Shown here: piece after piece, positions 1 through 10,183 of the stretch
How the letters are laid out: every line of letters begins with the position of its first letter
Position numbering within the stretch: position 1 is the stretch's first letter
Origin: an uncultured Gammaproteobacteria bacterium
GTDB lineage: Bacteria > Pseudomonadota > Gammaproteobacteria > JACCXJ01
Length of the DNA stretch: 64,000 nucleotides
Assembly (NCBI GenBank): GCA_963764725.1
Contig: CAVXTM010000016.1
Location: 256,001 to 320,000 of the forward strand
Direction: 5' to 3'
The notes under the pieces: model-generated
Databases searched by the model: none
What the model was told of the DNA's origin: nothing
Seen by the model: only the letters and a program-made list of their open reading frames with translations
Program-made: the position numbers and the translations under genes

Positions 1-639
1 TATGCAGCTTCGCCCACGCTTGAAGCCCGCGATCTGTGTTGCCGCCGCGGTGATCGCCTGCTTCTCACCGAGGTCTCCTTTACGCTTGCGTGCGGGGAAA
101 TCTTGCAGATCACAGGCGCCAACGGCGCCGGTAAAACCACGCTATTGCGGATGATCGCCAGCCTGACGCAACCGGATTCCGGGACGCTCCATTGGCGCGG
201 CCAACCGCTGGAGAAGGTCCGTTGCGCCTATCTCCGAGATCTCATCTACATTGGCCACGCCGATGGCGTGAAGGGCAGTTTGAGCGTCGCGGAAAACCTC
301 TCGCTCGCTTCCGCCTTACATGGGGGCGGGATCCCCATCAACGCGGCCTTGCAGCGTTTGGGTCTTGGCGATCTCGCGCATACGCTAACCCACCGGCTGT
401 CCGCGGGCCAGCGCCGGCGCCTGGCCTTGGCGCGCTTGCTGGTCAACCAAGCCTGCCTGTGGCTTCTGGACGAACCCTTTACCGCCTTGGACAAAACTGC
501 TATAAAAACGGTGGCCTCGATGCTGGAAGAGCGCGCCGCGCGCGGCGGGCTGGTTATCTTCACGAGCCATCACTCCACCGACATCACAATCAGCCGCGCT
601 TTGCACCTAGAGGATCAACGGGAATGGAACGAGGACTAG
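1..639 (+). CDS. ccmA: Heme ABC exporter ATP-binding subunit CcmA (5' end outside window)
   Basis: Frame is open from base 1 (YAASPTLEARDLCCRRGDRLL...). Walker A GANGAGKTT, signature LSAGQRRR, LWLLDEP. First gene of the ccm operon. Confidence 0.95.
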   Translation, partial: YAASPTLEARDLCCRRGDRLLLTEVSFTLACGEILQITGANGAGKTTLLRMIASLTQPDSGTLHWRGQPLEKVRCAYLRDLIYIGHADGVKGSLSVAENLSLASALHGGGIPINAALQRLGLGDLAHTLTHRLSAGQRRRLALARLLVNQACLWLLDEPFTALDKTAIKTVASMLEERAARGGLVIFTSHHSTDITISRALHLEDQREWNED

Positions 640-1304
640 CGCACGCTTGCGCTTGGATCGTGAAGCGCGATTTGCTCTTGTTCTGGCGGCACCGCGCCGA
701 GGCCGCCAATCCCGTTCTGTTCTTTTTCGTGATCGCGCTCACATTTCCGCTCGGCCTGGGGCCAGAACCGCAAATGCTCCAGTCCGTGGGCCCCGGCGTG
801 ATATGGATCGCGGCCTTGCTCGCGACGCTCCTGTCTCTCGAAGCCGTCTTTCGCTCGGACCTCGAGGATGGGAGTCTCGAACAGTTATTGCTGAGCCCGC
901 ATCCGCTGACACTCCTGGTGATGGCCAAGATATTTTCGCATTGGCTGACGGCCGGCTTGCCTTTATTGCTGCTCGCGCCGATCTTGGGACTGCAATTCGG
1001 GATCGCTTGGTACACGCTCGGCGTGTTGCTGCTGACCTTGATACTCGGCACGCCCGCGCTCAGCCTTATGGGCGCGATTGGGGTGGCGCTGACGGCGGGT
1101 TTGCGCGCGGCCGGGATCCTGGCGACCTTGCTACTCTTACCCCTTTATGTGCCAATCTTGATTTTCGCGACCGGTGCGACCGCCGCCGCGAGCCGCGGCT
1201 TAGCCTGGGGGCCTCAACTTTATATGCTGGGCGCCCTGCTGATGCTCGCCATCACGCTGGCGCCGCTGGCCGCGGCCGCCGCGCTGCGGATCCGCGCTAG
1301 CTGA
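624..1304 (+). CDS. ccmB: Heme exporter permease CcmB
   Basis: ATG at 624 inside track ORF 192..1304. Motifs FPLGLGPEP, PGVIW, DLEDGSLEQLLL, LLLPLYVPILIF. Confidence 0.95.
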   Translation: MERGLAHACAWIVKRDLLLFWRHRAEAANPVLFFFVIALTFPLGLGPEPQMLQSVGPGVIWIAALLATLLSLEAVFRSDLEDGSLEQLLLSPHPLTLLVMAKIFSHWLTAGLPLLLLAPILGLQFGIAWYTLGVLLLTLILGTPALSLMGAIGVALTAGLRAAGILATLLLLPLYVPILIFATGATAAASRGLAWGPQLYMLGALLMLAITLAPLAAAAALRIRAS

Positions 1305-1307
1305 AAT

Positions 1308-2030
1308 ATGCAGCAGCTACTCGCTCCGAAAAACTTCTACCTCTGGTGCGGGCGTTGGCTGCGGCCCGTGGCCTGGGCCACCGGCTTATGCACACTCACG
1401 GGTCTCTATTGGGGCCTGGTCGTCGCTCCTCCCGATTATCAGCAAGGCGACAGCTACCGGATCATGTTCGTGCATGTCCCGAGCGCGTGGATGTCGCTGT
1501 TCGTTTATGCGGTTATGGCCGGCGCCGGGGCCGTGGCCTTGATCTGGCGGATCAAGATTGCCGAGGTCGTGGCTTCCGCCAGCGCACCAATCGGAGCGGC
1601 CTTTACCGCCTTGGCGTTGATGACCGGTTCGCTGTGGGGGAAGCCCATGTGGGGCACCTGGTGGGTCTGGGATGCGCGGCTTACCTCGGAATTATTGCTG
1701 TTGTTCTTATACCTCGGCTATATGGCCCTGGAGCAGGCCATCGAGGATCGCAGGACCGCGACCCGGGCCGCCGCGGTGCTGGCGCTCGTGGGCGCCGTCG
1801 ATCTGCCGATCATTCACTATTCCGTGGAGTGGTGGCACACCTTGCACCAAGCACCGACGGTCACGCGCTTCGGCGCGCCCGCGATCCATGGGTCCATGCT
1901 CGCGCCCTTGCTCGTCATGGCGCTCGCCTTTGTCGGCTACTATGTGAGTTTGCTGCTCGTGCGTTCGCGCTGCGAATTGCTCGAACGCGAGCGGACCCAC
2001 CCCTGGGTAGGCGAAGTGTTGCGGAGCTAG
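1308..2030 (+). CDS. ccmC: Heme exporter CcmC
   Basis: WGKPMWGTWWVWDARLTS Trp-rich motif, HVPSAW, SVEWWHTLHQ. Confidence 0.97.
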   Translation: MQQLLAPKNFYLWCGRWLRPVAWATGLCTLTGLYWGLVVAPPDYQQGDSYRIMFVHVPSAWMSLFVYAVMAGAGAVALIWRIKIAEVVASASAPIGAAFTALALMTGSLWGKPMWGTWWVWDARLTSELLLLFLYLGYMALEQAIEDRRTATRAAAVLALVGAVDLPIIHYSVEWWHTLHQAPTVTRFGAPAIHGSMLAPLLVMALAFVGYYVSLLLVRSRCELLERERTHPWVGEVLRS

Positions 2031-2034
2031 CACC

Positions 2035-2235
2035 GTGCGCGAATTCTTTTCGATGGGCGGCTACGAGTTCTATGTCTGGTCCGCGTATGGCGTCGCGGCC
2101 GTCGTTATGCTCGGACTCTTACGGAGCTCCCTGGCCTGGCACCGCCGGCTGACAAGACAACTCAGGAATAAATCACGGCACTCGGTATCCGCACCGCCCG
2201 CCGCGCTCGATAATACCGGCGGGGATTGGAAATGA
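2035..2235 (+). CDS. ccmD: Heme exporter CcmD
   Basis: Small membrane protein with FFSMGGYEFYVWSAYG, between ccmC and ccmE. Confidence 0.9.
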   Translation: MREFFSMGGYEFYVWSAYGVAAVVMLGLLRSSLAWHRRLTRQLRNKSRHSVSAPPAALDNTGGDWK

Positions 2236-2666
2236 CACCCCGCAGGCAGAGGATCATCGCGATCACCCTGATCTTGGCGGGCGTCTCCGCCGCGGCCGCC
2301 TTAGGGCTCACCGCCCTGCGCAGCAATATCTTGTTCTTCTATACGCCGACGCAATTGCTCGCCGGCGAAGTGCCTCCGGCCGCACCGATCCGCCTGGGCG
2401 GGCTGGTGCCTAAGGGCAGCGTGAAGCGGACACCCGATAGCCTCAAGATCAGCTTCGATTTGACCGACCAGCAACACACGGTCAGGGTGCGCTACGAGGG
2501 ACTGCTCCCCGATCTGTTCCGGGAAGGCCAAGGCATCGTGGCCCAGGGGCGTCTCGCGGCGGACCAAGTCTTCAATGCAACCGAGGTGCTCGCCAAACAC
2601 GACGAAAACTACATGCCGCCCGAGCTGGCCGCGCACCTTCCCAAAGCCAAGGACAGCGCGCCGTGA
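2232..2666 (+). CDS. ccmE: Heme chaperone CcmE
   Basis: LPDLFREGQG and LAKHDENYMP heme-binding motif. ATG at 2232 overlaps the ccmD stop. Confidence 0.97.
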   Translation: MTPRRQRIIAITLILAGVSAAAALGLTALRSNILFFYTPTQLLAGEVPPAAPIRLGGLVPKGSVKRTPDSLKISFDLTDQQHTVRVRYEGLLPDLFREGQGIVAQGRLAADQVFNATEVLAKHDENYMPPELAAHLPKAKDSAP

Positions 2667-4645
2667 TTCCGGAGCTCGGTCATTTTGCCTTGATCCTGGC
2701 CTTGGTCATCGCCACCCTGCAATTCGCCTTGCCGCTCGCCGGCGCTCAGCTCGTCCAGGTGCGCTGGATGGCGCTCGCGCGCCCCGCCGCGGCGGCCCAG
2801 TGCTTGTTCTCGGCCCTGGCCTTCGGGTGTCTGATCGCGAGCTTTATCGGCAATGATTTCACCGTTGTCTACGTCGCCAATAACTCCAACACGGCGCTTC
2901 CGCTGGCCTACCGCATCGCTGCGGTCTGGGGCGCGCACGAGGGTTCTCTGCTGCTCTGGAGCCTGATCCTGAGCGTTTGGATGGTCGCCGTCGCGCGCTT
3001 CAGCCACGCCATGCCGCTCGCTTTCGTGGCCCGTGTCCTGGCGGTCATGGGGATCATCAACGTGGGGTTCCTATCGTTCATGCTCTTGACCTCCAATCCC
3101 TTCGCTCGCCAGTTTCCCGCTGCCGCCGAGGGCCGCGATCTCAACCCGCTGTTGCAGGACCCAGGGCTGGTGATGCATCCACCTATGCTGTATATGGGTT
3201 ATGTGGGGTTCTCGGTCGCGTTTAGCTTTGCCATCGCGGCTTTGATCGGCGGGCGGCTCGACGCGCCCTGGGCACGCTGGTCGCGTCCGTGGACGCTCAT
3301 GGCGTGGATCTTTCTTACGGTCGGCATCACGCTCGGTAGCTGGTGGGCTTACTATGAGCTCGGATGGGGAGGATGGTGGTTCTGGGATCCGGTCGAAAAC
3401 GCCTCCTTCATGCCCTGGCTCCTCGGAACGGCGTTGATTCATTCTCTCGCCATCACCGATAAACGCGATGCCTTTAAGCGCTGGACTTGTCTTCTGGCGA
3501 TCTGCGCCTTTTCGTTGAGCCTGCTGGGAACGTTTCTGGTGCGCTCCGGCGTATTGACCTCGGTGCACGCCTTCGCCACCGATCCCGAGCGCGGGGTCTA
3601 CATCCTCGGTATCTTAGGGCTTACCGTGGGCGGATCGCTCTTGCTGTACGCCGTCCGAGCCCCGCGGATCGTGGATACCGGACGCTTCAATCCGCTCTCG
3701 CGCGAGGGCCTTCTGCTCATCAATAATTGCGTGCTTGTGGTCGCGGCGGCCGCGGTATTATTGGGCACCCTGTATCCATTGGCGATCGACGCGCTCGGGC
3801 TCGGGAAGATCTCGGTCGGACCTCCGTACTTCGATACGGTCTTCGTGCCGCTGATGCTGCTCTTGGGGCTGACGCTTGGACTGGGTCCGCTGACGCACTG
3901 GAAAAGCCACGGCGGGCGTGAGCTTGCGAATCGGTTGCGGCCCGTAGCCTTCGCCTGCGCCACCGTCGCGATGACCGTCGCTATCGTGCTCGGCCAAGGG
4001 AAGGTGATCTTCACATTTCTCGGTCTCTTCGTGGCGACCTGGGTCCTGCTGAGCACCGCACTCGCGGTACGGGAGCGTTGGGCGCATCAACACACCTTGA
4101 AAGGGATGATGCGCGCGTTATCACCGGGGTTTTCAGGCATGGCATTGGCTCACCTCGGCTTCGCGTTCACGCTGGCGGGGGTGACGATGACCTCGCTCTA
4201 TGGGGCCGAGCGGGATGTGAAGCTTGCCATTGGGGAAACCGCCGAGCTCGGCGGATACCGTTTTCGCATGGAGCGCTTGCGGAGCGTGCAGGGCCCGAAT
4301 TACGACGCGACCGAGGCTAGGATCGTCGCCCTTCGCGGGGAGTCGGTGGTCGCGGAGCTGCAACCGCAGAAAAGGATCTATCGCGTGCAAACCAGCCCGA
4401 TGACCGAAGCCGCCATTGACGCTGGATTCACCCGCGATCTCTATGTGGCCTTGGGGGAGCCGGTCGGTAAAGAGGCTTGGAGCGTACGCATACAGGTGAA
4501 GCCGTGCGTGCGTTGGATCTGGTTGGGCGGGGTGGTCATGGCGCTCGGGGGGATCCTGGCCGCGAGCGATCGGCGCTACCGCTTTGGTCCGCGGGCTGCT
4601 CCCGTGCCGCTCGCCGGCGCTACGATTGCGGAACGGGCCAGCTAA
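2663..4645 (+). CDS. ccmF: Heme lyase CcmF
   Basis: MIPELGH start, WGAHEGSLLLW, HPPMLY, WGGWWFWDPVENASFMPW, SVHAFA. Confidence 0.98.
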   Translation: MIPELGHFALILALVIATLQFALPLAGAQLVQVRWMALARPAAAAQCLFSALAFGCLIASFIGNDFTVVYVANNSNTALPLAYRIAAVWGAHEGSLLLWSLILSVWMVAVARFSHAMPLAFVARVLAVMGIINVGFLSFMLLTSNPFARQFPAAAEGRDLNPLLQDPGLVMHPPMLYMGYVGFSVAFSFAIAALIGGRLDAPWARWSRPWTLMAWIFLTVGITLGSWWAYYELGWGGWWFWDPVENASFMPWLLGTALIHSLAITDKRDAFKRWTCLLAICAFSLSLLGTFLVRSGVLTSVHAFATDPERGVYILGILGLTVGGSLLLYAVRAPRIVDTGRFNPLSREGLLLINNCVLVVAAAAVLLGTLYPLAIDALGLGKISVGPPYFDTVFVPLMLLLGLTLGLGPLTHWKSHGGRELANRLRPVAFACATVAMTVAIVLGQGKVIFTFLGLFVATWVLLSTALAVRERWAHQHTLKGMMRALSPGFSGMALAHLGFAFTLAGVTMTSLYGAERDVKLAIGETAELGGYRFRMERLRSVQGPNYDATEARIVALRGESVVAELQPQKRIYRVQTSPMTEAAIDAGFTRDLYVALGEPVGKEAWSVRIQVKPCVRWIWLGGVVMALGGILAASDRRYRFGPRAAPVPLAGATIAERAS

Positions 4646-4648
4646 GCC

Positions 4649-5194
4649 ATGTTGCGCTATGCGCTGCCGCTGACGGCGTTTGTCCTCCTTATTGCACTGC
4701 TCGTGGTGGGTCTGCGGCGCGATCCGAGGCTCGTCCCCTCCCCGTTTATCGATAATCCCGCCCCCGAATTCGATCTCCCGCAATTGCGCGATCCGGCAAA
4801 GCGCATCAACACCGAAGACTTAAAAGGCATGGCCACCTTGGTCAACGTGTGGGCGAGCTGGTGCGTGGCCTGCCGCGATGAGCACCCTCTGCTCCTCGAT
4901 CTGGCGCGCACGGGTGGACTGCGGATCATCGGATTGAACTATAAGGATGAACGTGAACAAGCGCTCGCCTGGCTGCGGCGCTTGGGCGATCCGTATGAGA
5001 CGATTGCCTATGACGGCGACGGGCGGGCCGCGATCGAGTGGGGCGTCTACGGCGTCCCGGAAAGCTTCCTGGTCGATGCCGGCGGCGTCATTCGCCTAAA
5101 GCACGTGGGACCGCTGACCCCCGAGGTGGTCGAATCGGATCTGCTGCCGCGGCTGCGGGAGACCGGCCCACGCTCCGCAAACGACGCCGAATAA
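4649..5194 (+). CDS. ccmG: Thiol:disulfide interchange protein CcmG/DsbE
   Basis: NVWASWCVAC (CxxC) and GVYGVPESF, in ccm operon position. Confidence 0.95.
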   Translation: MLRYALPLTAFVLLIALLVVGLRRDPRLVPSPFIDNPAPEFDLPQLRDPAKRINTEDLKGMATLVNVWASWCVACRDEHPLLLDLARTGGLRIIGLNYKDEREQALAWLRRLGDPYETIAYDGDGRAAIEWGVYGVPESFLVDAGGVIRLKHVGPLTPEVVESDLLPRLRETGPRSANDAE

Positions 5195-5197
5195 TCC

Positions 5198-5650
5198 ATG
5201 CGTTGGCTCCTAGTATTGACTTTGACCTATTCGTTTGCCGCGGCGGCCGCCGATCCGGCCGTCTTCGAGTTCAGCGATCCCACGCTCGCGCAACGCTTCC
5301 AAGAGATCACCGGCGAGCTCCGTTGCCTGGTGTGCCAGAATCAATCGCTCGCCGATTCTCACGCGGAACTGGCCGGCGATCTGCGCCGCGAGATCTTCGC
5401 AATGATGCAAGCGGGCCGAACCGATCGGGAGATCCTCGACTTCATGGTAAAACGCTACGGCGAGTTCGTCCTCTATCGGCCTCCCATCACGCTTAAGACC
5501 CTGGCGCTTTGGTTCGGCCCCGCGGTGATTTTATGCGTCGGGATCCTGTTCCTGTTGCGCACCGTGCGCCACCGCCGCGGCCAGTCCCTCACCCTCGCAC
5601 CCGCTGAGCGCGAGCGCGTCGCCAGATTGCTCGGGACGAAAGACCGCTAA
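5198..5650 (+). CDS. ccmH: Cytochrome c biogenesis protein CcmH
   Basis: LRCLVCQNQSLADS and RYGEFVLYRPP. Confidence 0.95.
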   Translation: MRWLLVLTLTYSFAAAAADPAVFEFSDPTLAQRFQEITGELRCLVCQNQSLADSHAELAGDLRREIFAMMQAGRTDREILDFMVKRYGEFVLYRPPITLKTLALWFGPAVILCVGILFLLRTVRHRRGQSLTLAPAERERVARLLGTKDR

Positions 5651-5706
5651 CGCTAGCGCCCGGTACGGCCGCCTTTAATTGTTTTGATTTCACGCGCAAA
5701 GGACCC

Positions 5707-6924
5707 GTGATTCTATTCTGGGGCCTCACGGCCGCGATGGTCACCGTGGCATTGGGATTGATATTGGCGCCGCTAGTGCGCCGGAGCGAGTTACCCGGCC
5801 GTGATCCTCAGGAAGCGGCGCTCTCGGTTTACCGCCAACGCTTCCAGGAGCTAGGCGATGATCTCGGGCGCGGATCGCTGACCCAAGCGCAGTTCGAGGA
5901 GGCCCGGGAAGAACTTGAGACGGCACTCGCGGGGGACCTGCCCGCGGAGACGATCCCGCCGCAGGCACGGGAACTTCCGCGCAATTGGCGCACCGCCCTG
6001 GCCGTTTCCATCGCGGTGCCGATCCTCTCGGCCGGCGGCTATCTGTGGCTCGGCGCTACCGAAGAGCTTGCTACCGCGATGCGCCAGACCGAGGACGAGG
6101 CAAACCGCCGCCAACATTTGCAAGAAGCGATCGCAACGCTCGAGTCGCGGCTTAGCGCCGACCCCGATCTTGGTGAAGGCTGGCTGTTGCTCGGGCGTAC
6201 CTATCTCGCGCTCGCTGAACCCGTGAAAGCAACAGCAGCGCTCGCCCGGGCGCACCGGCTTCTCGGTGATAATGCCGATCTCCTCATCGATTATGCGCGC
6301 GCGGTCGCGATGTCGGACGGCGGCCGGCTGGATGGCCAAGCTGCCGAATTGATCGAACGCGCGCTCAAGCTCGAACCCGAACACCCGGGAGCACTGTGGC
6401 TGGCGGCGGCGGCGAGCATCGACCGTGGCGCTAACGCCGAGGCGCGCAGCTATTTGCAGCGGCTCGCGCAGCAGTTACCTCCGGGGAGTGAGCAGGAGCG
6501 CTTGGTGCGCGTGCAGCTCGAGCAACTAGGCGAAGACGGCGCCCGAACCTCCATGAGCGTAAAAGACGCGGTGCGGCTCGAAGTCCAGGTGGCACTGGAC
6601 AAATCCTTGGCAGAGCAGATTGGTCCCGACACGACAGTCTTCGTGTTCGCCCGTGCAACTCAGGGTCCGCGAATGCCTTTGGCTATCGCACGTATCCGCG
6701 CTCAGGACCTCCCTGCGACGGTCGTCCTCGACGACTCGCAGGCCATGACCCCGGAGATGAAGCTATCGAACTTCGATGAAGTCGTGGTCGGCGCCCGCGC
6801 CTCCCTTTCAGGTGAAGCACGCGCGCAAAGCGGCGACCTCGAGGGATACACGCCGAACGCCATCTCGCTCACGGAACGCCCGAGCGCACCGATCGCTGTG
6901 ACTATTGACCGCATCGTGCCTTAA
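5707..6924 (+). CDS. ccmI: Cytochrome c biogenesis protein CcmI (TPR)
   Basis: Two N-terminal TM segments, TPR repeats (GWLLLGRTY), C-terminal VFVFARA...GPRMPLA...LDDSQAM...GDL. Confidence 0.92.
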   Translation: MILFWGLTAAMVTVALGLILAPLVRRSELPGRDPQEAALSVYRQRFQELGDDLGRGSLTQAQFEEAREELETALAGDLPAETIPPQARELPRNWRTALAVSIAVPILSAGGYLWLGATEELATAMRQTEDEANRRQHLQEAIATLESRLSADPDLGEGWLLLGRTYLALAEPVKATAALARAHRLLGDNADLLIDYARAVAMSDGGRLDGQAAELIERALKLEPEHPGALWLAAAASIDRGANAEARSYLQRLAQQLPPGSEQERLVRVQLEQLGEDGARTSMSVKDAVRLEVQVALDKSLAEQIGPDTTVFVFARATQGPRMPLAIARIRAQDLPATVVLDDSQAMTPEMKLSNFDEVVVGARASLSGEARAQSGDLEGYTPNAISLTERPSAPIAVTIDRIVP

Positions 6925-7200
6925 CGACAAGCATGTGCTTTCCTGACTTCTGTGACAACGGGGCGTGGACCCACCCGTGATCGGCGGGAAAAACGCCACT
7001 TCGTCTCCGTCATGGACCGGCGCCGCGAGAGTCGCATAGTCCTGGTTAACGGCGATCAGAATATTCGCGGGTAGTGGCATACCGTGGCTCACGCGCGTCC
7101 AGACATCTTGGACCGTCATGCCCGGCGCGGCCTGCACGCGTTCCTCATTGCGCCCGAGGCGTTCCCTCAGGCTTGCGAAGAATTTGACTGTGATCGACAC
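6808..7200 (-). CDS. moaD: Molybdopterin synthase sulfur carrier MoaD with atypical 53-aa read-through after the GG
   Basis: VKFFASLRE...AVNQDY...[14 protein letters not shown]. The core ends at 6970 and the next codon is TCC, not a stop. Confidence 0.9.
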   Translation of the reverse strand: MSITVKFFASLRERLGRNEERVQAAPGMTVQDVWTRVSHGMPLPANILIAVNQDYATLAAPVHDGDEVAFFPPITGGSTPRCHRSQESTCLSLRHDAVNSHSDRCARAFRERDGVRRVSLEVAALRACFT

Positions 7201-7312
7201 CTATGCTCTCCTTCTTGCCACTGGCATCACGTCGATCGAGTTCCATGATTTCCAACCACAGGCTCGTGATAACGGCTTCCTCAATGGCCGCCGTAACAGT
7301 ATAGTACGGACC

Positions 7313-7786
7313 ATGTCGAAACTTTCGCATTTTAATCGCCACGGGGAAGCCCAGATGGTAGACATCACGGCTAAAGCGGTGACCCACCGGATCGCCATCG
7401 CCGAAGGGACCATCGCGATGAATCGGGAAACGCTGACGATGGTTCAGGAAGGTCTCCACAAGAAAGGGGACGTGCTCGGCATTGCAAGAATCGCCGGGAT
7501 CATGGCGGCTAAAAAAACCGCCGATCTTATCCCGCTCTGCCACTCGCTTCCTCTGACACACATCGAAATCAGTTTTTTCCTAGATGCCACGGCAAACGCA
7601 GTAAGGTGCGAGTCGAAGGTAGAAACGAGCGCGCAGACTGGCGTTGAGATGGAGGCGTTGACGGCCGTGCAGGTGGCGTTGCTGACCGTCTATGACATGT
7701 GCAAATCCGTGGATCGCGGCATGAGCATCTCGGGCATACGCTTACTTGAAAAAATGGGCGGCAAGTCGGGACACTGGCGCCGCTAA
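7313..7786 (+). CDS. moaC: Cyclic pyranopterin monophosphate synthase MoaC
   Basis: [34 protein letters not shown]. Start placed at ATG 7313. Confidence 0.96.
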   Translation: MSKLSHFNRHGEAQMVDITAKAVTHRIAIAEGTIAMNRETLTMVQEGLHKKGDVLGIARIAGIMAAKKTADLIPLCHSLPLTHIEISFFLDATANAVRCESKVETSAQTGVEMEALTAVQVALLTVYDMCKSVDRGMSISGIRLLEKMGGKSGHWRR

Positions 7787-7799
7787 TTTGCCAACGTAG

Positions 7800-8879
7800 T
7801 TATTCTTTTTCCGCGCCCGTCTGAATCTTTTGCAAGCGCGTTTCCATGAGGACGGGATCGGCTTTCAAACGGCTCTTTTGGGTGTCCAATAGGGCTTTTC
7901 GTAGCATGCTCAATTCTCGTTTGACCATGCTCCCAAGGGATTCCAGCGACGTTTCCAGCACAGCAATCCGGCCCTCTTCATTCGCGCTGCCTAGGTCCGA
8001 TCGCAAAGGTAACATCCTAGCATCCTCCTTACCTTCAGGCGCGGATTGATCATCCGCGGTCATGAGAAGATCTTCTTCGCTGAGATCATCGGTCACCGCT
8101 TTTAACACGTCGACATCAATGAGATGCTTTTCTTCCAGGCAACCGAACAAGAGGATCCGGTCGCAGAGCATATTGATCTTGCGTGGCACGCCTTGAGTGA
8201 TCCGGTGTATCAGCGGAAACGCCTCTTGCGCGAAAACCGGGTCCTGATTCCACCCGACCAAACGCAGTCTGTGCTCGATGTAAGCCTGGGCCTCTTCGGC
8301 ATCCAAGGGTTTCAAATGATACGCGGCGATCACCCGTTGCCGGAGTTGCACGAAACTGGGAGATCGTAGCAATACCCTAAATTCCTTTTGACCGAGCAGA
8401 AAGCTCTGCACCAACGGCCGGCCGTTATGTTGGAAGTTCGACAGCATGCGCAGCTCTTCAACGGAGCGCGACGGCAGATTCTGTGCCTCATCGACCAGGA
8501 GCAATACCCGTTTCTTCTGCTGCGCGCATTCCCGGAAGAACTCCTCCAAGCTTTTCAATAGCACCGCCTTGGACTCGGACTTGTAAGCCAGTCCGAATTC
8601 TGCGGCGGCGACGCGTAACAGATCCTCGGCTTCGACCTGTGTGGAAACGATTCTCGCGACGACGATGTTGTAGCCCTCGAGCATCGCTTCCAACGCCCCC
8701 ACCAATGTGGTCTTACCGGTACCGACATCGCCGGTAATGACGATGAAGCCATCGCCTTGTTTAACTCCGTATAAGAGGTAGGAGAGCGCACGTTTATGAC
8801 TGTGGCTGCTAAAAAACATCTTAGGACTGGGACTTAACCTAAACGGTTTGTCCTTAAGCTTGTAAAATGATTCGTACAT
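7800..8879 (-). CDS. ExeA-like / XrtA PEP-CTERM system-associated AAA ATPase
   Basis: MYESFYKLKDKPFRLSP, GDVGTGKTT, LLVDEAQNL, GVPRKINMLCDR. Confidence 0.85.
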   Translation of the reverse strand: MYESFYKLKDKPFRLSPSPKMFFSSHSHKRALSYLLYGVKQGDGFIVITGDVGTGKTTLVGALEAMLEGYNIVVARIVSTQVEAEDLLRVAAAEFGLAYKSESKAVLLKSLEEFFRECAQQKKRVLLLVDEAQNLPSRSVEELRMLSNFQHNGRPLVQSFLLGQKEFRVLLRSPSFVQLRQRVIAAYHLKPLDAEEAQAYIEHRLRLVGWNQDPVFAQEAFPLIHRITQGVPRKINMLCDRILLFGCLEEKHLIDVDVLKAVTDDLSEEDLLMTADDQSAPEGKEDARMLPLRSDLGSANEEGRIAVLETSLESLGSMVKRELSMLRKALLDTQKSRLKADPVLMETRLQKIQTGAEKE

Positions 8880-8894
8880 TGAGTTTCGATCCTT

Positions 8895-9635
8895 CTAAGC
8901 CATAGGAACCACATGTTCCAGCAGGCGCTGCACTTGCATTATCCCGACTTTGAGGTTTGCCTCAATGACTTTCATCGACAGCGGCTCCCGGCCTCGCCCC
9001 GCGGCCCGGTTAGCGACGACCGCACAGGTTGCATAGCAAAGCTCAAGCTCACGCGCCAACGCGGCTTCGGGCATCCCGGTCATGCCGACCATGTCACAGC
9101 CGTCGCGCTCTAAGCGGTCGATCTCGGCGGCGGTCTCTAGCCGCGGCCCTTGCGTGGCTCCATAGGTCCCGCTGGCCAGTGCCCCTATCCCCGCCTCCCC
9201 CGCGGCGCGGATCAATGCTTGGCGCAACGTCTCACAGTAGGGCCGCGTAAAATCGATATGTGTTACATGGTCAATGCCGTCTTCAAAAAAGGTGTTTGCG
9301 CGCGACCAGGTGTAATCGATAATTTGGTCGGGAAACGCGAGTCGGCTTGGGGCCAATTCGGAAGTTATACCACCGACCGCCGCGATGCTGATGAGCTTTT
9401 CTATACCGATGTCTTTCAAAGCCCAAAGATTGGCACGGTAGTTGACGCGGTGCGGCGGGATTGCGTGAGAAACGCCGTGCCGCATCATAAACACGATCTC
9501 CTTACCGCACAACAGCCCGTGAACGAGCGGGCTCGAGGGCTCGCCGTACGGGGTTTGCTTTACCTCCCGGCGCTGGATTTCCAACCCCTTCAGACTACGC
9601 AGGCCGGTGCCGCCGATGACTGCCAGGCGACTCAT
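8895..9635 (-). CDS. mtaP: S-methyl-5'-thioinosine/thioadenosine phosphorylase
   Basis: AVIGGTG, RHG..H.IPPHRVNYRAN, QGPRLETAAE, GMTGMPEA. Confidence 0.9.
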   Translation of the reverse strand: MSRLAVIGGTGLRSLKGLEIQRREVKQTPYGEPSSPLVHGLLCGKEIVFMMRHGVSHAIPPHRVNYRANLWALKDIGIEKLISIAAVGGITSELAPSRLAFPDQIIDYTWSRANTFFEDGIDHVTHIDFTRPYCETLRQALIRAAGEAGIGALASGTYGATQGPRLETAAEIDRLERDGCDMVGMTGMPEAALARELELCYATCAVVANRAAGRGREPLSMKVIEANLKVGIMQVQRLLEHVVPMA

Positions 9636-10183
9636 GCGCTAACCGCGAAGATGCCGGGCGCGTTGCGCAGGTAGTTTTTATAGTCCATGCCGTAGCCGAA
9701 GAGATAACGCCCATCCGTCTCCAATCCGACAAAGTTCGGGCTTGGGATGCCGGTGCAGCGCTGCAAACGCTTGTTGATTAGAACCGCGGTTAAGGCTTCC
9801 GCCGCGCCGCCCCGTTTACACGCTTCAAGGATCGCGGACAACGTACGTCCTTCATCCAAGACATCATCGACGACGACCACGACGCGGCCGCTGAGCAAGC
9901 AATGAGGACGCCGCAGCCACTCGATTTCACCGCCGGAGGTTTGCCCCCGGTAGCGTGATACGTGCAGGTAATCCAGCTCCAAGGGAAAGCGCAATCGAGG
10001 TAACAACAGGCCCGTCGGCACGACGCCTCCGGTCATCACACATAGCAGCAACGGATCTTTTTCCGCAAGCGCCGCGTTCATTTCCGCGGCCATTCGATCG
10101 ACGGCGACGTCCACATCCTCGGGAGAGAAAAGCCGCTCGGCGTGCGCGAAGACTTTGCGTATTTCGTCCCGACTCGTGCTCAT
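9632..10183 (-). CDS. hpt: Hypoxanthine-guanine phosphoribosyltransferase
   Basis: PRPP-binding motif VVVVDDVLDEGRT and FGYGMDY. Confidence 0.92.
   Translation of the reverse strand: MSTSRDEIRKVFAHAERLFSPEDVDVAVDRMAAEMNAALAEKDPLLLCVMTGGVVPTGLLLPRLRFPLELDYLHVSRYRGQTSGGEIEWLRRPHCLLSGRVVVVVDDVLDEGRTLSAILEACKRGGAAEALTAVLINKRLQRCTGIPSPNFVGLETDGRYLFGYGMDYKNYLRNAPGIFAVSA

Noticed and set aside
192-623. Long N-terminal extension of the ccmB ORF in the track
   Set aside because: It overlaps ccmA in another frame. CcmB similarity begins at ATG 624.
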